This document shows, piece by piece, positions 48,223 through 60,600 of a stretch of 64,000 nucleotides of DNA (the stretch's first letter is position 1; each line of letters starts with the position of its first letter). A program made the position numbers and the translations under genes. Origin of the DNA: Callorhinchus milii (taxonomy: Eukaryota); assembly GCF_018977255.1 (NCBI RefSeq), contig NW_024704742.1:99450001-99514000 (forward strand), read 5' to 3'. Under the pieces are notes generated by a model. It saw only the letters and a list, made by a program, of their open reading frames with translations, did not search any database and was not told the origin of the DNA.

Positions 48223-48750
48223 CTGAGGAGATAAATGGATGAGAGTTGAAGCCTTTTTACTTCCTTCTGGTTACATTGCTATAGGAAAAAGGACCAAGGT
48301 CCATCTTGGTTGTCGCATATTACAATAATGGACATGATGCTATAATAATGGAGATTAATAGGGGAGAAATAAAGAGCATTCTTTATAAAAGCACTTTCAC
48401 CTCCTTCTTAACACTTAGGAAGGTTCCAAGCAACGGAAAAGCTTGCGAGGCAGTGCTTTCAAAGGCAAGCCAAGCAGCTTTTACTGGTTAAACTCCAGTA
48501 GAACCCTTCTGGAGCCCCAAGCCTTGGCTTTTGCCAACGTGCGCCTAATAATTATCTGGCATTAGATAAGTAAGGTGGGTCCTTCCAGGCAGAGTGTACG
48601 CATTCCATTCGACAAATGGGAATTTCCATTTGTGGGTGGCATAGTGCATCTCTCAGTGCATCTTAAGACCTCAAGCATGGTGATGAGTTTCAACATGTGT
48701 CAAGACATCCAGCTGAACACAAAAAAAACACAAACAGCAGAAGCACGTAC

Positions 48751-49174
48751 CTGGGTAGCTGTGCATTAGCACTGGAGATACTGCTCGGTAGGTTGGGTCG
48801 TACATCTGGGAATAAGGATTATAAGCGTGCAGATACTGAATGTAAGACTGATGCTGATTCATTGGTGATGAGACCGCAACTCGGGCTCCTCTAGAGTCCT
48901 TGCCACTAATGGGCGTCTTACGCTCATCAGATTTGCTCTTGTGTTCCTCCATTGTGAGTGTCTGGGGTTCTGGCCGTTTAGCCTCTTTGGGCTCCTCTTT
49001 GATGTTGGTTATCGGGATGGGAATGCTGGAGCTGGAGATCGTTCCCTCTTTGCTCGGTGCCTTCATCGGACTGTCCTCCTTTTGCTTTTTCTCCCGCTCA
49101 AGTTCCTCTGCTTTTTGCTGCTCCATGTACTTGGGCTGGTAAACATAATGGTGCCAAGCCCTCGGATCTGGCTC
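48751..49174 (-). CDS. ZNF608: ZNF608 coding exon (424 nt), [21 protein letters not shown]...SPVLMHSYP(G)
   Basis: Overlaps ORF 48671-49126. Acceptor ACGTAG| at 49175-49180, donor |GTACGT at 48745-48750. Phase 0 in, phase 1 out. Confidence 0.95.
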
Positions 49175-49489
49175 CTACGTACAATTACAACACGTGTCAC
49201 TTTCCTTCAGTCACAGTTTTACTGCACAGATTTATTACCTTGTGTGCACACTAAACCAGCAGCTATAGATACAACAGTGTCTGAAACCATTAAATACACA
49301 GGTTTTTTATCTATTAAGGTGTGGGTGACTAACTCTATAGAGGAAACATGCTTATCCAAATGCTTCAGGACTTCATACCTAGAAGGATCTCCCTGAGATC
49401 TGCTCAAATGTCTAGAAAAACAATCCACATTAACCCTTCCCTCACCATATTACACCATGCTGGGGAGACATGTGGCAGATTTTAAATAC

Positions 49490-49735
49490 AAGACAGCTTA
49501 TATAGTGGATCTAACAGGGAGTTTAGAAGGAACCTCGTTACTACTAGACTGAAAATGTAGAACTCACTGTTAGAAGCTGTGGTTGAAGCAAAAAGCAGCA
49601 ATGTATTTATTACCTCTTGAAAACGTGATGTGTAGATAAGGGGATAAATGAGGGGTGAGGACTTGTGTGGGAACAACAGCACAGTCTAGGGCCGAGTGGC
49701 TGTGTCCATGCAATATACTCTACATAATTCTATGC
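49490..49735 (+). mobile_element. CR1 3' fragment in a ZNF608 intron
   Basis: GAAAATGTAGAACTCACT..GTGGTTGAAGCA..GGGCCGAGTGGC..ATAATTCTATG resembles the CR1 3' end. Confidence 0.6.
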
Positions 49736-50928
49736 AAGATTTGTTTTCGAGATTTACTTCTCTCTCCCCCTACCTCCCCACCCCCCCACCAAAGGCATTT
49801 CTGAGAGCTCCCAGTAGGGCTCACTGATGCCGTAAACCTGCCTGATGTTCCTCTCTCTGAACCCGGGCCCTGCAGCTAATAGTTGCACTCCTGCTGAAGG
49901 ACGTCACCTAACAACTCAATATCTGAACCGGTCTCTTTCCTGGTACAAAGTCCCAGATCGACTAGGGCTAAGGAGATTATTCTTCCCTCCTGGGAAAGAA
50001 CTGAGAAATAAGTTTTATTCGATCTCTAGTAGGAATATTTCAAAAGCAAATATTCCCTCCGGACATTCCTTACCCTTTAATAACTGACTCAGTTATTAAA
50101 GGGGAAGGTATTGCAATGTGCTTGGGACCAAGTAAAAGTCGCAAACAGGAGTGTGCAATACAGTTCATTTCATAAACGGCCGCAAGCATAATTTATACGG
50201 AGGGGACCATAAACTTTCTCCTAGTTTTGCTGAATGGACAACTTTACACTGGTGCGCACAGTGTGTTTGAAAGTGAAGAGATAATACTCAAATTCCTATT
50301 TGCACCGAAAGGCAAAATCTAGGCTTTGAGATGAGCAGTCTGCTAAAAGCTGATGTGCACTTGTGGAGCTCTCCCACACAGAACAAGGGAAAGCACCACA
50401 GGGGCAGAAATTTTCAGAGGTCATTTTGCGCTGCTGGCTGACACAAAGTTTCCGTTGTGTGCCACAAATCATATTATAATAACGCAACAAAGCCAGCGTT
50501 ATAACCCCAATGTCTAATCTCCAGCGCTCCGAGACATTATCCTACATGAAGAACACTATATAAATGCAAACTGTTGCTGTTGCTCTTTACGTTCACAAAA
50601 AAGGGTCCATATGAGAAAATATTTCTTCAAACAGAGGGTATAAGAATATAGTGTCTGAAATACCTAATTTCCTTGAGCTTATTAAGGCCTTTGTTTTAAA
50701 AGATAACATGGTATGAAATTTTAGAGAAGTCTTAAATTCAGTCTTAAGTTGGAAGCCAATATTATTGGTGTTTTTGGGCACTGCAGAAAATCAGTTTCCA
50801 AAGTTGGGCTGAATTTAAGACTATTTTCTAAAGTTCTGTGGAATCTGAAATTTGCCAGGTACTTGGGAAGCAATGACATTAATGGGTGAAGAAATGGGAT
50901 TTAAAAAGAAAAAGAGTTGCTATGAATA

Positions 50929-51241
50929 AATAATAAAAATCTGTGCATTTGATATAGCGCTTTTCAAGTCCTCTAGGCGTCTCAAAGCGCTTCACAGAAT
51001 ATACTGTAAAGTGAATTGATTGTATATTTGTGGGCGAAACGCGGCAGCCAATTGCGCACAGCAGTGTCCCACAAACAGTCGTGGATTGAGTGACCAAATT
51101 ATTATCGTATTTTTTTTCTTGAGGGATTATTTATTATCAAGAGTGTGGAGTAAGGAAACTTGCCCAAGGTTTCGCCCGGGAATCAAACCCAGATCTCTCG
51201 CTTGTGAGGCGAGTGCTCTAACCACTGAGCTTCAGGACTCC
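50929..51241 (-). mobile_element. Full-length SINE (family A, short form) in a ZNF608 intron
   Basis: Same structure as 6821-7130 and 32185-32506. Confidence 0.9.
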
Positions 51242-51659
51242 TACGAATAGGCATGATGGGCTAAATAACCCATTCCTGTTCTATGTTATTTACCTTGTGT
51301 AACAGTGCAATACAGTTAATGCCTTAAATGGCTATGAATGCCACTGATATGGAGGGATTGTAAACTCTCTCCAAGTCTGTTGAATGTACAACTTCAAGCG
51401 CCATGCAGTTTGTATGTGTGTGTGAGTGAAAGGTTAATATTTACCTTTTGGTGACATGTCTACAAATCCCAAATCTACAAACCGCGACAAAACCTAACTA
51501 ACTTAGCACAAAAAAAGCATGACCCTTTGGGTGTTTTGTTTAAAAAAGTTATTTATGTAGAACTGCAGCATAAATAAATAAATGAAATGGTTGTCAAAGA
51601 AAGTAAAAGTACTTGGTTATTTCCCACTCTGCTGTTGGTGGACAGTGTAAATCACATAC

Positions 51660-54165
51660 CTGTTTGAAACGTACTGTAGGGTCCACCCCTGTCTGTTTCA
51701 TGGAGTCCATGACACTCTTCATTTCCACTGCCTCCTTGATAAGTTGGTGATTTTCCAGTTGTTTGGCTTTAAAACCATCAGCCAACAGTTGCTGCTGTGC
51801 TGCCTGCATCTGCAATTTACCAGCCTCCTCTGGCTTGTTCAACACCCCAGACTTCGAGGGTTCTGACAGCATGAAAGGATCTTTAGCTTTGGAGCTACTG
51901 CTCTTGTGGGGCTCCGGGGTCGAAGGGGCTTTGGAAATTGTAGCAGAGGGAATGTTTTTCTGCTTAAGGTCCTCTTTTCCCATTTCCTTATGCAGCCCGT
52001 CCCCTTTCCTTTCCCCATCTCTCCCCATCATCCCCTGCAGTTTCTGCTCCGCGTACCGCTGCTCTTCGTAGAACTTCTCGTACTGCTGCCTGTAAGAAGA
52101 GTTTGTCATGATCGACTTCTGGTCGACGTAACATAGTCCGTACGCATACTGCCCGTAGTAGAGCGACTGAGCAAGCGCTGGATGTCTCTGTGTGATAACA
52201 GACTGATGCTGGGCCTGAATATTCCCAGTAACACTATCGCTCTTCTTCATTTCTAATATCTCCGCCTTCTCCTTCTTTTCTATCTCTTCCTCCAACTCTT
52301 TCTTCACTTTGACGCTCTGGGGGGCTGTGCAGTTCCCGGCTGTGGAGCTGCTGACTTGACTGGGGTGCATGTAACCAGGGGAATAGTAAGGCTCGTATCC
52401 ATGGTAGAAAGGGGAATGGGACTCTTTGCTCTGTGCGGGCTGCAAGGAGGCTGAGGAATGACTTTTCACAACTGTTTCCTTGGCGGAAGCCACGTCCGCA
52501 GGGGAAATAATCTTAGAGCTCAGGCCCTCTGACCTGTTGTCAGAGCCCCCGTCGTCGGCAGCGTCTGAAATGTCCGAGTAAGCGGGGCTGTTTGTTTTGG
52601 CCGTGGTCCCATCGCCCCCGTTCTGCGTCAGAACGTGCAGCGGCGTCAGGGGAGACTGTCCATTGACCATGTTGCTGCACTCCAGCCTGCAGGCACTCCC
52701 TATGGAAGGGCTGGGAGCGTTGTCCGTAAACGTGTAAACTTTATCCGCCTCGGCCTTGATGCTCGCCATCCGGCTCTCCTGCGAGTCGGAGAGACCGTTG
52801 GCCAGTACTTCGCTCTTGCTGAGGTGATCCTTCAAAAAATGTGCAGCCAGATCTTTAGCAGATGCCTTGCACTCCTCCGCCTTGCCCAGCTTCGAGTCCA
52901 TCTTGGGGCTAGCCGACTCTTTGCCCTCTTTGTCTTTCAGCTTCCGCTTCTCCTTCTTCTTCTTGTCTTTGAGCGAGGACAAGGCTGGGTTGACTGTGCT
53001 GGGCTCTCCCATGATGGTGGGCTTTGGTTGGATGGGTTTCAGTGGTGGGCTCTTTGGTGTTGCCTGGACAACGGTGGTGGTGAGCGACGACAGCCCTGGT
53101 AGTGACCCCGTGGTGGTGGTAGTGAATGTCGCCGTGGGGATGGCTATCAACTGTGGCGGTGGAGGGGCGGGGGCTATTGGTCTGGTTGTTTTAGGCTTTG
53201 GTAACGATTTATCCATTTTCCCATTGCTGGACTTCTTCCCCTTTTCCTTGTCCCCTAAGTTTTTCTTGTCTATCACCCCCTCCACCTCAAGCTTGGGCAT
53301 CTCTGTGACAGAGACCCCGTCGGGAACCAAGCAACTTTCCAAAGCAGCCGCCATGTTGGAGATGACGGGCAGGTTGTTCAAGTCACTGTTGATGAGACCC
53401 TTCCTTTTGCTGGAGTTCTTCCCAGTTTTAGAGTTAACTATTGGGCTCTGGGCGTTATTTGCTAAGTCCTTACGCCCCTTTGGGGTGCCCGGGGTGCTGG
53501 CGGAGATGGGCGACACAGGAGCCTTCATCTGGTCATAACCCAGCGAACCCCCGGCGAGCAGGGCGCCGTTTCTCAGTTCACCGTGCTCCACGCCTATGGC
53601 CACGCTACTCAATGCCTCCTCGCAGTCAGACATCTTGTCCTCGCAGTCAGGCTCGAATTCCAGTTTGCTCTCGGGATCCAGGTGGGCATGGGCCTGGTGG
53701 TAACGCAGCCCATTGATGTGCTTGTACTTTTTGCTGCAGTTCGGATGGGGGCAGTCGATCAACACTGGGGAGGAGCAGCCTTGGTCCACGAAGCTCGCCT
53801 CGGGCTTGCCCTGGGGAGTGGTTGGAGTGCTTCTGGAGTTCGTGCGGACCCGCTTCCCAGACTTTGTTTCCTCGGAGCTGGAGTTCAGGTCCAGTTCCAT
53901 TGGGGGCTTGTGTTTCCTCTTGTTGGCGGGTGAGGGAATGGCTTTCACCTCTTCGATGGTGCAGTTTGGGGGTGTCCTGCGGCCGCTCGAGTTCAGGCTG
54001 CCCCGGCGCCCCTTGCCGTTGGCGCCGCCTCGGTTTTTGTTCTGTACGCCCCTGGACTCCGTGAAGCTGGCGTCATTCATCGGAACGTTTGCAGCTGAGC
54101 GTGCCCGCTTCCCCCGGCCTCGACTCGCTCGCATTTCAAGGTCACTTGTAGGCGATTCGCAAAAC
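51660..54165 (-). CDS. ZNF608: ZNF608 large coding exon (2506 nt), [11 protein letters not shown]...DPTVRFKQ, containing the single C2H2 zinc finger
   Basis: The 864-aa ORF closely matches vertebrate ZNF608 as I recall it ([96 protein letters not shown]). Acceptor CCTAG| at 54166-54170, donor |GTATGT at 51654-51659. Length 1+835x3 keeps frame. Confidence 0.97.
53682..53753 (-). other. ZNF608: C2H2 zinc finger coding segment [24 protein letters not shown]
   Basis: C-x4-C-x12-H-x4-H pattern read directly from the translation. Confidence 0.95.
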
Positions 54166-54354
54166 CTAGGAAGAAAACATTGATTCAATTTTAGGACTCA
54201 AAACCGGGGCAGCTTTTCCTCCAATTTGCCTTCGGTAAGAACAACAGCTACTTTGTGCATGGAGGAGGAGAGACAAGAGTGGGAGGTTGAGGTGAAACGA
54301 CAAAGGGATAGTTTTTTTAGAAAGCTCTTCAAAGCTTAATTAGGCTTCAGAAGT

Positions 54355-54585
54355 TCAAAATTCCTCATTGGTTTTAGCCTTAGGACCATTGTCTTAAAAT
54401 TTAAGGTTGGTCAAAATTTGGGGAAATCCTTAAATTCGGTCTTCATTTAGAAGTCAGTCCCCAAAGTTCTTTCAGGAGAAACCAGCTTCCAGATTAAGGT
54501 CAAATGATCTATTTTCCCCAGTTCCACACAATCGTGGAAATTTTAAGAAAAGGTCTAAAGGCTAAGATCAAAGAGGGATTTTCAG
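54355..54585. mobile_element. Palindromic MITE-like element in the 481-bp ZNF608 intron
   Basis: Imperfect ~45-bp inverted ends: AAAATTCCTCATTGGTTTTAGCCTTAGGACCATTGTCTTAAAATTT vs the reverse complement of AAATTTTAAGAAAAGGTCTAAAGGCTAAGATCAAAGAGGGATTTT. Related copies occur elsewhere in the window. Confidence 0.65.
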
Positions 54586-54646
54586 GCATCGTGATTTCAC
54601 ACATCTTTCCCCTCCCACCAGGAAAATAGCCGTAACGTTCCCTTAC

Positions 54647-54734
54647 CTAGGAGGGGCCCAGTCGTGCTTCGTGCAGTCCAGTAACGTTCCCACATAGGTC
54701 TTATTCCGCCAAGTCACGTTTACCACCAGAACAC
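54647..54734 (-). CDS. ZNF608: ZNF608 internal coding exon (88 nt), (G)[28 protein letters not shown](R)
   Basis: Manual translation of the minus strand gives the conserved Brakeless/ZNF608/ZNF609 motif. Acceptor ATGCAG| at 54735-54740, donor |GTAAG at 54642-54646. Starts in phase 1, ends in phase 2, and joins in frame to the next exon (AG|G = Arg). Not in the ORF track. Confidence 0.96.
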
Positions 54735-55602
54735 CTGCATACGACGAGAGGGAATAAAAATACAATGCATTTTTACACTTTAAAAAATCATCCCTGCATC
54801 AGGGAGTCTCGCTTCCTTTTGTTCTGGCAGCGTGCTTTACACTCATCAGTTACTAAAGCTGCGGTCTGCATTCATCCTCTTTCTGGCTTCGCTGACCTCA
54901 AGTCAAGACCAACAGGAAATTGTTTTCTTAGTGTGTAATCGAGATACGACTGACAGAAGGAAATGGTTCTTGCCACGTCCTGCTGTAAAACGGCAACACT
55001 CGCCTCTTAATTTTGCTATTATTACACGTAATTGCTTTTTCTTGGCAAACCGCCAGCGCACATTGAGCCAGTCGGCAGAACTCAAAGCTGCTTCTGAGCT
55101 GACCAGGAACAATCTGTGAAGGAAGGTTTCTTTTCTAAACTCGGGAATCAGAGGGGGAAGAGAGAATCAATTATGAAATGTTTTTATACAGGGGGAGTAG
55201 AAAATATTTGTGTAGGATTTTTATTCGCGGGGGGGGGAGGGGGGAAAATAATGTTTGGGGATTTTTTGTGTTTCAGAGATTAACTGATAGCAAGGTTTTT
55301 TTTCAATGGGGGGTGGGGGTTGAAATAATATTTTTTAAAAATCATCAGCTTAAAATTCCTTTCAAAACAGCAATTACAACAAATTTACATTGATAAGGTA
55401 CAACACCTTTCAAGGACGTGTCAAAGAGCTTTACACTGCTTGCTCAAGCATTTTCTTGGGAGGGTGGGGGCAGGGGCAGGCTGAGGAAGGAGAGAGATGA
55501 AGATTTGAATGAGTTGCCTAGGTTACTTTTGCCGAGGTCTTTCTTGTCTGTGGTCTCCACCTGGTCATCAGTGGGCTCTTCATTTTAAGGAAAATCAATG
55601 GC

Positions 55603-55623
55603 GGGGGGGGGGGGGGGGGGGGG
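55603..55623 (+). repeat. Poly-G tract (G21)
   Basis: Directly visible homopolymer. Confidence 0.9.
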
Positions 55624-57119
55624 TAGATTGGCTGGAAATGGTCTTGAGAACACATTCAGCACAAATTGCTAGCTTCTTGCACGCAAAACAGACAATACAA
55701 AACATCTCCTCTTTAAAAGCAAGGTTTTAAAATTGTGCATGGGTGAGTGGCCATTATGCACAATTCTGCCGGAGTGATTAAATAGCAGTCAACGTGAACT
55801 TTATCTTCTTCACAATGGTTTCTGAACGCTCCCCTGGGAATCACATTTTTTTCGTTCCGTGCACCGTGTACCAGGCTGGCTTTTGCACGATCGACAGTAA
55901 TTTTTACATGAAGCCCCTCTCCTGTCTGACCACCTTATAGCAAAGCCATTTACACAGTCCGTGTCTACTAAATTAGAATTGCAAATCATCCCCGCATTAT
56001 GTCTTATTAGGTTGTATTTGGGAACATTTCTCGCATCCCCCTTCGCCACTCAATGTTAATTTTCTCCCTGAGGAAACGATAGGGTTCTGATACACAAAGA
56101 CTCTGAAACACAAACATCAGCTTCATTGCAACTCAGTGTTTTCCCAGCTCCAGAAATATGGACGCAGGGAATTATAATTTTTTTAAGAAAAAAGAGGTCA
56201 AATCTCAACAAAACACAAACGACAACCAGCTTCCTGTATTACAAATCCCTTGGAAATGCGGAGCCTGAAGTAAACCGATCAAAATATTTGACACATTATA
56301 ACGTTTGCCTTCAGCGTATTGTTTTTAGTTTAGAGCAATGCAAATGTGTTTTGAGCTGAGGTCCTCCGTACTAATGGTCTGAGGCTTGGCCAGTCTAGCT
56401 TGAAGACAGTGCTTCAAGCTAGACTGGCTGCTTTCTTAACCGACAAAAAATAATCAAAGAGCCCGATTTACAGTCATATAGACCGAAACAGGGCCCAGGT
56501 TCCCAGAGCCTGGTAAACTGGGCAATTCTGTGGTTTAATTCCCCCGAGTGATGAGAAACGACTATTACAGTGAAAGCTCCTGACGCCAGTGCGCTCTTAT
56601 CTCCGACTGGCATTGCGCGAGAACGCAAACAGATCAGGCGCAGACTGTTAACAGCACAACAGTAATGTGTGTCACCTCCCCCCAATATATCGGGGAGTGG
56701 GGAGCGGGCAAATTCACATCTGGAAAATACATAAAAACAAGCAGTTCTCTCATTCCTTGCCCTTTCCTGCTCTCAGAATCCTACCTATGATTATGGGAGA
56801 CCTTTCAGCCGCTTTAAATTCTTGAACATGTCAACAATATTTACAACACTGTAATGTATTTGTATCGCCAGAGGGCTTCTCTCTCTCTCTCTCGCTCCCC
56901 TCCTCCCCATCTGGGGAAAGGAGATTGTTAGTTTCAGTCGGAACTGGCTGCAGCAGAGCAGCTGTGGCAGAAGAGGGACGAGACACAAATGTATAATTAA
57001 AATTTCCTAAAAAGGGCTTTAGGAGCTCGAGAGAGAAAGGAACAAGGAAGCCCTTTTCTGTGCAAGCGTAATAAAATTGAGAAGACGGAGGGTTAGCGCA
57101 GACACTTAACATTTGTCTG

Positions 57120-57470
57120 CAGTGAAAGCCTTTGTTTAAGCATTTCCCTTCAGGCCTTCACGTTGCCGGGCGAGAGCAACCACTTCATTGGCTCGCTCCT
57201 GCTGGGAGCAAAGCCATCCGATTGGTACCGCGCTGTGCTCTGCAGCAACGACGGAGCTCGAAGAAAGGCCAGGATTCAGGGAAGAGTTTGAGGAGAACAT
57301 AAAAGACGAGCACAGCATGAAAACACTGCTTCACACGGTGAGGACAGACAATAGAGAGAGAGAGCGCGAGAGATGGAGAAGACAGGGGCCAGGCAACAGC
57401 TTGACGCAAAGCAAAGCAAACCAAGCACTGCTCTACTCACCCGCCCGCCCGACCGGGTGAAAGGAGCCTC
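57120..57470 (-). promoter_or_regulatory. Candidate intronic promoter/enhancer: CpG-enriched, with tandem CCAAT boxes
   Basis: ATTGG at 57187-57191 and 57221-57225 (CCAAT on the minus strand, 34 bp apart), a GC box-like CCCGCCCGCCC near 57440, visibly more CpG than the flanks, and no recognisable TE. Confidence 0.35.
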
Positions 57471-57569
57471 CAGATTCAGGAGTTTCTTAATTTTTGAAAC
57501 TCACGTCATAATTAAAAATAAAAATGAGTGCAAAGTATTTTTAAGTGTGCATATACAAACAAGCACAGA

Positions 57570-57698
57570 AAAACACACGCAGACACACGCACCATATATA
57601 CACATGTACAGACACTTGTGTACATACACATGCAAACATGCACACCGCACATTTACATAGACCACACACACGCGCACACACACACACACACACACACG
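57570..57698. repeat. (CA)n-rich microsatellite
   Basis: Directly visible. Confidence 0.9.
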
Positions 57699-60600
57699 AG
57701 TTAACTGCGACTTCAAATTAAATTTAAAATAAAATGCTGAAAACGCACACCAGATAAAGCATTATCTGGAAGAGAAAAATGTCTACAATTTGGGCATGAA
57801 CTCTTCATCGGGAATATGTGTGTGTACGTGTTTTACTTTTGATGTTCGGATCTGCAGCCGTCCGCAGTCTCTACCTTCACCTTCTCCTCTTTCACAGCTG
57901 TACTAAGACATGGGTCTACTGACAGATAGTTCAATCGACCAGAAGAAGGAGAAAAAATAAGGGCTCAATCAATTGGAACCTGCTGCCAAAACCTGTACAT
58001 CAAATTAACGTTCTCTCTCGGGGACGCGGCTAATGATAAATCAAGGCCCTGTTCACAGCCAGCGCCTTATCCCAGTCGAAGGGTTTTCATATAAACCAGA
58101 AAATCTCGAGCTTACTGTTGGGAGAGCTCATGCCAACTCCGGAATTCCAAAAATCTTCATGTAAACAGTCTCTGACCTTCTTTACTGCTCGGAGTTGGCT
58201 GAAGCACACAGTGTACCTCCGTGCCTTTTTACCACAAACCTCGTAAAAAAATTACTCTGTTAAATTACAGCCAGCGACTCTGCACAAGGGAGGCCCCTGT
58301 CAAGAGCTCCACTCAACGCTCTCAATCCTCCAACTCTGACAAATTTCGCAGTGGAGTGCAGAAAAGGATCCTTCAGTGCTTTGCACATCAAAACAGCTCC
58401 CTAAACGCTTCCCGCTATTTAGATTATATCTAGACCAATAAAGGCTTATGGAAAATGCAGACGGCTGTGCAGAATTTGGCAACAACAAAAAAACAAGAAA
58501 ATATTGAATACTGTGCCCCCATCTGTCTGCTTTTCAAAGAAACACAAACAAGAACGGGCTATAAAAACATGTGTTTTTCCCCCAGTGGAGACAGTGCAAA
58601 GTACTATATGTACCGTTCAGTGAGAATTTCCGACATTCCTCACATGTGGCTTCAAAGATACATACCAGCTTTGCAGCAAGCCAACTCTCTACATAGTCAG
58701 AGATTACTTTCAGGCACAGATACTTCCAGCTGAGTTCAAATGACCCTGTATGGCTCTGTGTTCAATGACAAACATGCTGGATTTCCATAAACCAATTACA
58801 GGACCAACACAGGAAAAGGAGTAGGTTATTCGACCCATTAAGCCTATTCCACCATCACTCCTATGGCAACGCTTCAATTTAATATCCTGCCTTTTTTTTT
58901 GAACAATAAGCGTATTAATAAGATATAGCAAATAAATCGGCAAATTAAATTGAAGTACGATATCTATTTACTCTCTTTATGTACAATGTTCGAAGGCAAA
59001 CGTTTCAAAAGCGAGAAGCTTTAAGAGCTGTTGAAAGTGCAGAGACCTTGCTGTGTATTTTGAGATATTCTTTTTGCTGATGGTGTAATAACAATAATAC
59101 AAAAATGAACTTAATGAATCCTAAAATAACTGACCAGTCACAGAGGTTGTTCAAGTTTTCTGGAAGCACTGAAGACGTGCAGAGTACCTGTGTTCTAGAG
59201 AACAAATCAGTAATAGTGTCGCCCTCAGTCTCACAAGTGCTGCAGCAAATGTGGAGGAGAAAGAGATGGGATACTCGCCAGCAAACAGCCACCTCCGGTT
59301 CTGGATTTCTACGATCTCTGCACCTTTGAGTTCATTAGGTAATCTAGTTTACAAGACTCAGAGCTCCAGGCACTTCTGCTACCTAGGAGAGATCTGCAGT
59401 GTGAAAAGCAAGCTTATAATAAAAACAATCCTACCTAATCTTTGCACTTAATATAGCGCCTTATCACGTTGTCCAAATGCCTCAAAGCACTTCACAGGAT
59501 TCACTGTACAATACAATATAAAATTACATTTGTAAAGCGCCTTTCACGTCGGGGGGACGTCCCAAGGCGCTAAACAGTAAGCGATTAGAGTGCAGTGATT
59601 GCGAATGAACTTTGCTGGGGATGGACTATGCGGCCAGTTTGGACCAACAGAAAATTGAGCTGCACCTCCCCCTCCCCCACAAATTGACAATCTGCTTTAA
59701 AGAGTTGGCAACTCTAGCAATCCTGCTCTACCGGTAACCTTGCAGCAAATCCTGCTATACAGGTGAACATGGGCCCTATATAGATGAGATTACCCTCTAA
59801 CGCACTGTGCATTGGCTACTTGACTAATATGAGTCTAGGAGCAAGAGGCAGATTTTGCTTCAGCCTGCCAGATAGAGCTGTGATACCTTATCCCCGAGAA
59901 AAAAAGTAGAGCATATCCGGCGTGCAGGACTGAATCTCACGATCCCTAATTTGGCATTCCGCAAAGATTTTCCAGTGGTCGTGAAAACGTTGTAGTTCCG
60001 TGAACCCTTAGTCACGGTTGCATATGGATGCCTGATGTGTTACACTGCTCGGCTCCTAGCACTGCAGGGGCTCACGTCTGAAGACAGCACTGCCTGAAGG
60101 TAATTGTCTTGGACTATTCTGAATCTCCAGGTCAGAGAAGCGCAGCTATGGCTCAACATCTAACCATCTGGAGTGCAAAGTGGTAATTAGCAACCCCTTG
60201 TACTGTTAAGGACAAAGCTTTTCTGAGCAAATAGTATGTCACAATACAGCAGGAGGGGAAAGAGCACGAGGAGAAGTGCAATGGAATACTTTGTGTGCCA
60301 GGGCACGGTTTGCCATAAATTATGAGTCTGCCTCTGCTGTTTGTCTTGTGTGTGCAATGACAGATTATAGCTACTGGACGTTTAGTGAGCATCTGGTGAG
60401 TGGGTCAGTGTGGCACTGGAAGATCATCCACTGCAGCAAACAGTCCTGTTAAAATAGGAGCAAGATAAACAAGCATTACAATGGTTTTAACTCAATTTAA
60501 GTTCACCCTTCTCCCACTCTGCACTGAAAAAGCAGGAGATGTGGGGTGGGGTGGGGGGTGAGAAGGGGGAAGAATGTAACATGTGAGATTATCACATCGC

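Noticed and set aside
52635..54183. Long + strand ORFs (155, 223, 116 and 156 aa) antisense to the big exon
   Set aside because: These are shadow ORFs caused by the codon structure and GC content of ZNF608, with no recognisable protein features.
51594..54188. 864-aa ORF as a complete single-exon gene
   Set aside because: It starts at an intronic TTG and its last ~21 codons run past a GT donor. Splice sites and flanking exons show it is one internal exon (51660-54165).
44606..54734. Assignment to the paralogue ZNF609
   Set aside because: Motifs such as [38 protein letters not shown] and the C-terminal ASASG..QRRE match ZNF608 as I recall it. A reciprocal BLAST would confirm this.
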